Shown here piece by piece: positions 57,961 through 64,000 of a stretch of DNA of 64,000 nt (positions are counted from its first letter, which is position 1; every line of letters begins with the position of its first letter). This DNA is from Schizochytrium sp. TIO01 (Eukaryota > Protista > Bigyra: Labyrinthulomycetes): contig SMSO01000014.1 of the NCBI GenBank assembly GCA_004764695.1, positions 4,474,845 to 4,538,844 on the forward strand, given 5' to 3'. The position numbers and the translations under genes are program-made. The notes under the pieces were generated by a model. That model worked only from the letters and a program-made list of their open reading frames with translations. It ran no database searches and was not told the origin of the DNA.

Positions 57961-59570
57961 GCGTGGATTTCACGATCGGCTACGCGTTTGCATTTGGGGC
58001 ATTTTAAAATCTTGAATTTTCCGAGCCTTTCATGGACGGTACCAACAACATTCATTGCATAGTCTTGAATTGCACTCCTCTCGGCCAATAATAGGTTTGC
58101 ACCAGAAGAAAAGCTCTGTTTTGTGAATGAGCCGTTGTGGGAAGCTGAAGTGGCGAGCTGCCTTGCTATGGATCCGTCTTGTTAGCTGGTCACTATCTTG
58201 GCTGTTTCAAGTTTAGACAAGAGGATAAAACGATAGATATCACAGAGCCAAAGCACGAGCTCGTAATGAATCTCGGTAATTCTGCCCTAAGTAGTGCGTG
58301 GAGGTATGCGCGTCTTGAGGTAGTTTTGCCATTTTCCTTTTGGTCAGTTTAATTGATGCGGCGACAGAGAAAAATGTTTTTATTTATTTTTTACTTCCTC
58401 TGTGTCCCACTCAATGGCTCAGTTATCAGCGTTGTACATGGCCTGAAATGAGCGTACTCCTGGGTTCAAAGCAATGATAGCATGGTGAGCACTAGTGTCT
58501 GATTTTCTGGATATACTTTTCTTCATGTAAAAAGCAGAAATAAATATGACTTAGGCGATTCGTTTGCACACGCACGGCATTTGTTACTTGGTTGGGGAAC
58601 TTTTTCTTGTGAGTACAACGCGTTTGAGAAAGAGAAAGAATGTGGCTTTGCCTTTCCTTCGCTTCCCCTTCCGTGACCTGACTCTTGAAATATAGGTTTT
58701 ATTATGTTGTGTACGAAGCTTGGAAGAAGAGCGAATGCTAAGTTTCTCTGGGGCTGCTGATTCCTCATTTTTGGCCTGACCAGCATCGAAAGCGCCAAAA
58801 AAGAAACGATTCGTGAATCTCTTATAGCTTGTGGTATTTTAAGAACCCGCACAGATGCCTTCGTGCTTTCTTTAAGGCGTGCTACAATCTCCAATCGAAG
58901 GAACTAGTAGACAAGACATTGCTAGAGTCCTTGGCGTCCCTTTTTATAGACGTCATGGACATAGGGGTTTTAATACAGCAGGACTAGACAATCAGACTTT
59001 CGTGGATGAGAAGCCAAGAACCAAAGTGTGTCTACAAATCTGTAGAATCCAGTATGGTGCAACTTGAATTAATGGTTGAAGAGGTTGAATTAACCTAACC
59101 TCGTCAAGTAATATCGAACCATAGCTCAAGAATATCATAGTCTCACACATACTACATAATCAGTCTGCCCTGGATGTCATTTCCAAGACAGCAGCTCGCT
59201 AACTCTTGAAATCAACCTTCTTGAAGCCTTCATCACATCGAGACTCTTGCCTTCATCTTTGCAGTCAACCTTCAGCTGATCAGGTTTATCTTTCAGCAAG
59301 GCGACTACTGTTTTTTCTCCAGAGCTAACACAAAAATCTTAGGATTGTCAATTTTGTCTTTCAAGATTTGCTTTGTTTTGGAACTCTTCTTGATGCATTC
59401 CTTTTTATGCAGGGAGAACGGCTTCTTTTTAACCTCTGAACAAATAATAATGAAAGGCAACACCAAAGTTGTAAGCTCCTCTGGTATCGCCGAACCATTT
59501 TTTGACTTGAGTAAGCTGATCGTACAGAAATCTTCCTAGCAAGAACTAAAGTGTACTCGTTTTTGGTTGT
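57918..59570 (-). pseudogene. tnpB: Fanzor2 (IS607 TnpB-derived RNA-guided RuvC nuclease) pseudogene
   Basis: ARKI/LY...VKKWFGDTRGAYN (59540-59465, N-terminal WED/HTH); KIPQAIRDS (~58840); RuvC-I IIALNPGVRSFQAMY (~58475-58432); EIHYELVLWLCDIYRFILLSKLETAK (RuvC-II); RRIHSKAARHFSFPQRLIHK; EECNSRLCNEC...LGKFKILKCPKC (Zn ribbon); DREIHAAAGILL (RuvC-III). Multiple stops and frameshifts. Confidence 0.88.
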
Positions 59571-59589
59571 CTTCCGTGCCTTCACGCAC

Positions 59590-60200
59590 GATCTATTGTT
59601 CCTTGCTACGTCGTCACCGTCTATTTCGCAATACTTGTTATCCGTGATGCAATGACATAAAGACAGTGATGATGCCAAGGAGCTCTTTTATGGAGGTGAC
59701 GGAGTCCCCGGAATGCATATTTTCGCCGTGTACCTAGAGCTTGACATTTTTTTTTTTTAAAGGTGCCCAAGAAGGTCGATGCTTTGCTCGCGCATTCGGT
59801 TACGGTACGTGGCCACAACTTAACCGACTCTGCCGCAGTAACACATAGCCAGAAGGGCCCAGAAGCCCGCCGTTTTGAAGATAACCCCATTACCAATGTT
59901 TTAATAAATGGTTGCGACGTCTGGATAGACACGTTGAGTATTATCACCAACGCGTTCGAAATCCTCCTTTTGCTTAGTGGAAGGTTTTCTGGCGTAGATA
60001 ATGGTATGGTCGGTGCTGTCGTTGCTCACAGCCGCCGGGACCGTAGCCATGGATACGCTTAACATTGCAACTTGCGTATTTGTGCTTAAACCGGCTGCGC
60101 ATGTGACCTCCATCAGTCCAAGCCCGAAGGGATCTTGTTGGGACGCCAAACTTTTGTTTGAAGTGTTTTGCTGGATTATAGTAAAGGTTTGCTTCACTTG
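59590..60200 (-). pseudogene. tnpA: IS607-family TnpA serine recombinase pseudogene
   Basis: MerR-like HTH PAKHFKQKFGVPTRSLRAWTDGGHMR; IIYARKPSTKQKEDFER (cf. IYARVSS.KQK.DLER); YPD...*NIGNGVIFKTAGFWALL (cf. DIGSG.NFKR.G...LL); VVATYRNRM (cf. VV.YRDRL); ELLGIITVFMSLHHG (cf. DLLSIITVF..R.HG). Confidence 0.85.
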
Positions 60201-61034
60201 TAGTGTTTACAGCTTCTTGGTTCCTTGGCCATGCCATTCTCTTATCAAAGCTCACCACAGCTCCACTTCTCATCAAAGGCCTAAAAATTCATACTTGATC
60301 CATTACCTAATATTTGGAGGTTATACATGTTCCAACGTTTTCATAGGTACAATAAGCGGAAAAAAGAATTTGACGTGTGTATGCAGAAATATTTTGGTCT
60401 TCCGCATTAGTGCAAAACCCCAGAGCTGTATTTTCCAATTATTTACCAAACTTCAACTAAGTTAAGGAGGAGGTTCGATGAAACTTAGTTTTCTATACCT
60501 ACCTACTTACATAACGTATTATAATTATATATAAGGAGCAAGACTCGCTTGGAATGCAGATAATAGACGACAAATGGTGAAAACAGATAACTAGATGTTC
60601 GGAAATCCCAGCTTTAAACAAAGTCTTCTTGTATTCTCTTCTACATACATTTGATGTCAGGGCAGCGCTACAACTTTGTACATAAAACATATCTAGTTTG
60701 ATATATTTAACTCACCGCCAATCTTATTATCATGACTGGCTATATCTTTGTGAGGATGCACATTCTAACAAACATAAATGAAGAATATATAATAAGTCAT
60801 TAAACACGACGCGACTAGAAGTATCTAATGCCTTTCAATAACTTTAATTGGATCATAACTGTAAGCTATTCCGGCTATCTACATTCTTTAATGCCTCAAA
60901 CTTCTCTATAATATGCATGGATCTTTTAGAGAGTAGCAACAATGAACTTAAGTATTGTGTTGGACATCTATATGGTAAGGTGCTTTAAGATATAAAGAAG
61001 ATTAAGTCAACATTCTACGAAATGTGCAACTTCA

Positions 61035-64000
61035 CTACCATGCTGGTTGAGTTTCCAATTCCAAAGGTGCAATTTGATTAGACCTCGTCTTGCCATTATT
61101 TACTGTCAGAACAGAAGTGCCTCTTTGGGTCCGTCGTCGTCGAAGTACATACTTGCACACACAAGACATTGTGATGACAAATACGATTGCAATAGTTGGG
61201 GCTAAAATCAAAATAACGAGGCTTGGCCAAGAACGACAGTCTGGAATAGGATCTGGCATACCGTATACATTTGTAATGTGACCTAAATATGGTTGAGGAC
61301 CACAAATTGGGTTTGATGTGACATATCTGCATAGTTGTGAGTGTGTGAGCAAGACTGTCAGTGAATACAAGTACCGGGTCGAGTGACAATCCTTATAAGG
61401 AAACTTACAATGTGGTCAAATCTGTCATACCTTCTATTGCATCAGGCAACGTCTGAATGTTATTCGACTCGAGATCGAGGTATGCTAACTTTGTTAGAGT
61501 ACCGATTGATTCTGGCAAAGAAGTGATCTCATTGATCCCAAAGGTACTGATTTTATACCGAATGATGTGAGTGATATGTTCTATGTAAAACCCTGTGAAA
61601 CCCTGTTGTCATGAGAGAAGGTAAACAAACTTACAAGCTAGTCAACTTTGTGAGAGCGCTGATTTGTTGAGGAATGGTGGTTATTGCGTTGCTCTTTAAA
61701 TTGATTGTTTGAAGATTAGTAAGACCAAAAAGTTCTTGTGGTAATGCAGTCATTCCACCACTCAGCAATTCTCTTTGCTTTTGAAATATGTTTGCTCTAC
61801 TGTTAGTTAAAATCTCAGAGAAAGACATTGTCGTACATGCATGCACAGTGCATATAGCGAGTGTGTCTAGAAACTTACAAAGAGGTAAGAGACATAAGCG
61901 AAGATAGAAATGACGGGGCTGTTGAGTCACCAGTGCAGAGAAGGATCTGTGTTGTAGAGTATGATGTACTTGAGCATTCACCCCCATCACACATGCAGTT
62001 ATGCGCAGTTGCTGGAGACAGAGTTGGAGACAGCGTTGGAGACAGAATTGGAGACAGAGTTGGAGACAGAGTTGGAGACAGAGTTGGAGACAGTGTTGGA
62101 GACAGTGTTGGAGACAGAGTTGGAGACAGAGTTGGGACTTGAGTAGGATTACAAGTTGGTATAGGTTCAGGCATCCCATACACTTCTGTAATATGAGACA
62201 CATTTGGTTGGGCCCCACAAAGTGGGTTAGAAAATACAAATCTAAGTTACATAAAAGTTCCGTGAGGCCGTCAGTTAATGAACATTTGTGATGAGATGAC
62301 GATGCACACAAGCAAACTTACAAGACGTTTAGGTTCGTCAAAACCTCTAATGCTGAAGGTAGAGTTTCAATGTTGTTTGACTCAAGGTCGAGAGACACTA
62401 AGTTTGTCAAAGCGCTCATCGATTCTGGCAAAGACGTGATCTCATTCATCCAAAAAACACTAGATATGTATCACAACATGTTAGCGTATTTCCCTTCAAA
62501 ATGCAAAGCATTCATATGCAAAAACTTACAGGTTAGTCAACAACGTGAGAGCACCAATCTCCTCAGGGATTGTAGTGAGTGCGTTTGATTTCAAATTAAG
62601 TACACGAAGACTGGTAAGCTCAAAAATATCCGGTGATATCGCTGTCATCCCACCACTTAGCAGAGACCTATGTTGTTATTGTCAAAATCCACAACGCCAT
62701 CAATAAATACACACGAAGAACAATTAGTCTCTTGGTCAAAGGGCAACTAATAGCTGCAAACTTACAGAGCGGTTAGAGACGCAAGAGATGAGAGGAAGAG
62801 TGGACCATTTGGCTCATTAGTACAGTAAAGATTTTCTGTTGTAGCATACGTGACATTGGAACAAGCCATACCATCGCACATGCAGTTATGTGCTGTTGTT
62901 GGAGTCTGTGTTGGGCTTTGTGTCGGGACTTGAGTCAAATTACATGTTGACAGTGGGTTCGGCATACCGTATACATATGGGATATGACTCACAGATGGTT
63001 GTGGACCGCAAATTGGGTTTGAGGTGACATCTCTAAATTTAAAAAGGAGCAAAAGCGCGAAGCTATTAGTTTTTACACGCGTGATCACAATCAACAAGTT
63101 CGAAATTTAAACTTACAGTACCTCTAAGTGCGTCATAGCCTCTATCGCTGTAGGCAAGGTTCGAATACTGTTTGACTCAAGGTCAAGAGTGACTAGATTT
63201 GTCAAAGCACTCATTGATTCTGGCAACGCGGTAATCTCGTTTATCCAGAAAGTACTATGTATATACGATAAACGTGAGTGATAATTTACTGTCTAGCACA
63301 ATTGTTCTAATAGAAGGAAACTTACAGGCTGGTCAGCAGCGTGAGGGCACTGATTTCTTCAGGGACTGTGGTGATTTCGTTTGATTTGAGATTCATTCTT
63401 TCAAGGTTTGTAAGTTGAAACAAATCTAATGGTATTGCAGTCATCCCACCACTTAAAAGAGACCTAAGAAATCCAAATTTGCAACTTGCCGTCAGTTCGT
63501 CAACATTCAAATGCGAAGATTCATGCATTGTTGTTATATTTGTGAACTCACAATTCGGTGAGAGAGGATAGAGATAAGAGAAACGACGGAGCATTTGAAT
63601 CACCAGTGCACGTGAGGACTTGTGTTGTGGCGTATGTTGCGCTTGAGCAAGCAGCACCATCGCACGTACAGTTATGAGCTGTTGTCGGAGCCTGAGTCGG
63701 TGCTTGTGTTTGTGTTGGTGTTTGATTCGGAGCCTGAGTCGGTGTTTGTGTTGGCGTTTGTGTTGGCGTTTGTGTTGGGACCTGAGTTGAAGCACATGAT
63801 GGTATAGGGCTTGGCACACCGTATACATTAATGATATGACTCAGATCTGGCTGCGGACCACAGAGTGGATTCGAGGTGACATACCTAAATAATGAAACAT
63901 CTCGAGATTGTTAGTGAATACGAGCTTAAGTTAATATCACGATCCATGTGTGATACCACAACTTACAATGTCTCTAAGTTTGTCATAGCCTCAATCGCTG
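61035..64000 (-). CDS. LRR type I membrane receptor-like gene B, 5' end beyond the window, >700 aa. Exons: >64000-63967, 63884-63552, 63463-63326, 63254-63117, 63032-62766, 62667-62530, 62459-62322, 62241-61879, 61772-61635, 61546-61409, 61326-61035
   Basis: Three complete plus one partial repeat of [cap/stalk/cap exon][138-nt SGG exon][138-nt WIN exon]. Ten phase-2 GT-AG introns with an open frame; TM LVILILAPTIAIVFVITMSCVC followed by RRRR. Confidence 0.88.
62013..62135 (-). repeat. Coding 12-bp VNTR (SPTL)n in a mucin-like stalk of LRR gene B
   Basis: About 10 units of tggagacagagt and variants. Confidence 0.9.
63686..63780 (-). repeat. Coding (PTQT/PTQA)n stalk repeat in LRR gene B
   Basis: Imperfect 12-bp units such as tgttggcgtttg. 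Confidence 0.85.

Larger units (their letters stand above)
57789..60470 (-). mobile_element. Decayed IS607-type element (TnpA serine recombinase + Fanzor2/TnpB + right end); left boundary uncertain
   Basis: TnpA and TnpB-like pseudogenes in the canonical tnpA-tnpB order on the same strand. The putative right end terminates ...TGTCCGTTGAAGCGAGCCTACAG. The left end was estimated only from short ttt..caaa-like repeats near 60430-60456. Confidence 0.8.

Noticed and set aside
1-64000. tRNA and rRNA genes
   Set aside because: No cloverleaf or rRNA-like sequence recognised by eye; a covariance-model scan was not possible.

Overview
Eukaryotic nuclear DNA. Spliceosomal GT-AG introns, mostly intronless housekeeping genes and long microsatellite-rich intergenic stretches suggest a stramenopile protist such as a thraustochytrid; the organism is an inference. 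Recognisable genes are a DENND4-like Rab GEF, a four-CBS-domain protein with a likely mitochondrial presequence, the RNA Pol II CTD phosphatase FCP1, a bacterial-type tRNA 2-selenouridine synthase (SelU/MnmH), a DUF3431 membrane protein, TTC4/Cns1 and a two-exon TXNDC17, plus three orphan ORFs. The last 9.3 kb is the most unusual part. It holds two tandem minus-strand, intron-rich LRR membrane-receptor genes built from a repeated three-exon cassette (Cys cap / about 5 LRRs / Cys cap / Pro-Thr stalk). All 19 introns are phase 2, all internal exons preserve frame, and the two genes share a colinear ~790-bp near-identical tract. Between them sits a decayed IS607-type element: a serine-recombinase TnpA, a Fanzor2/TnpB-like RNA-guided nuclease with an unusually long REC region, and a putative omegaRNA right end. 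Part of that Fanzor is homologous to a second decayed element at the window start. Other signals are a seven-copy same-strand GGTCTTTCA cluster, a 26-bp perfect palindrome in a divergent promoter, and a probable LINE relic. All exon models and translations were derived by hand; no database searches were run.
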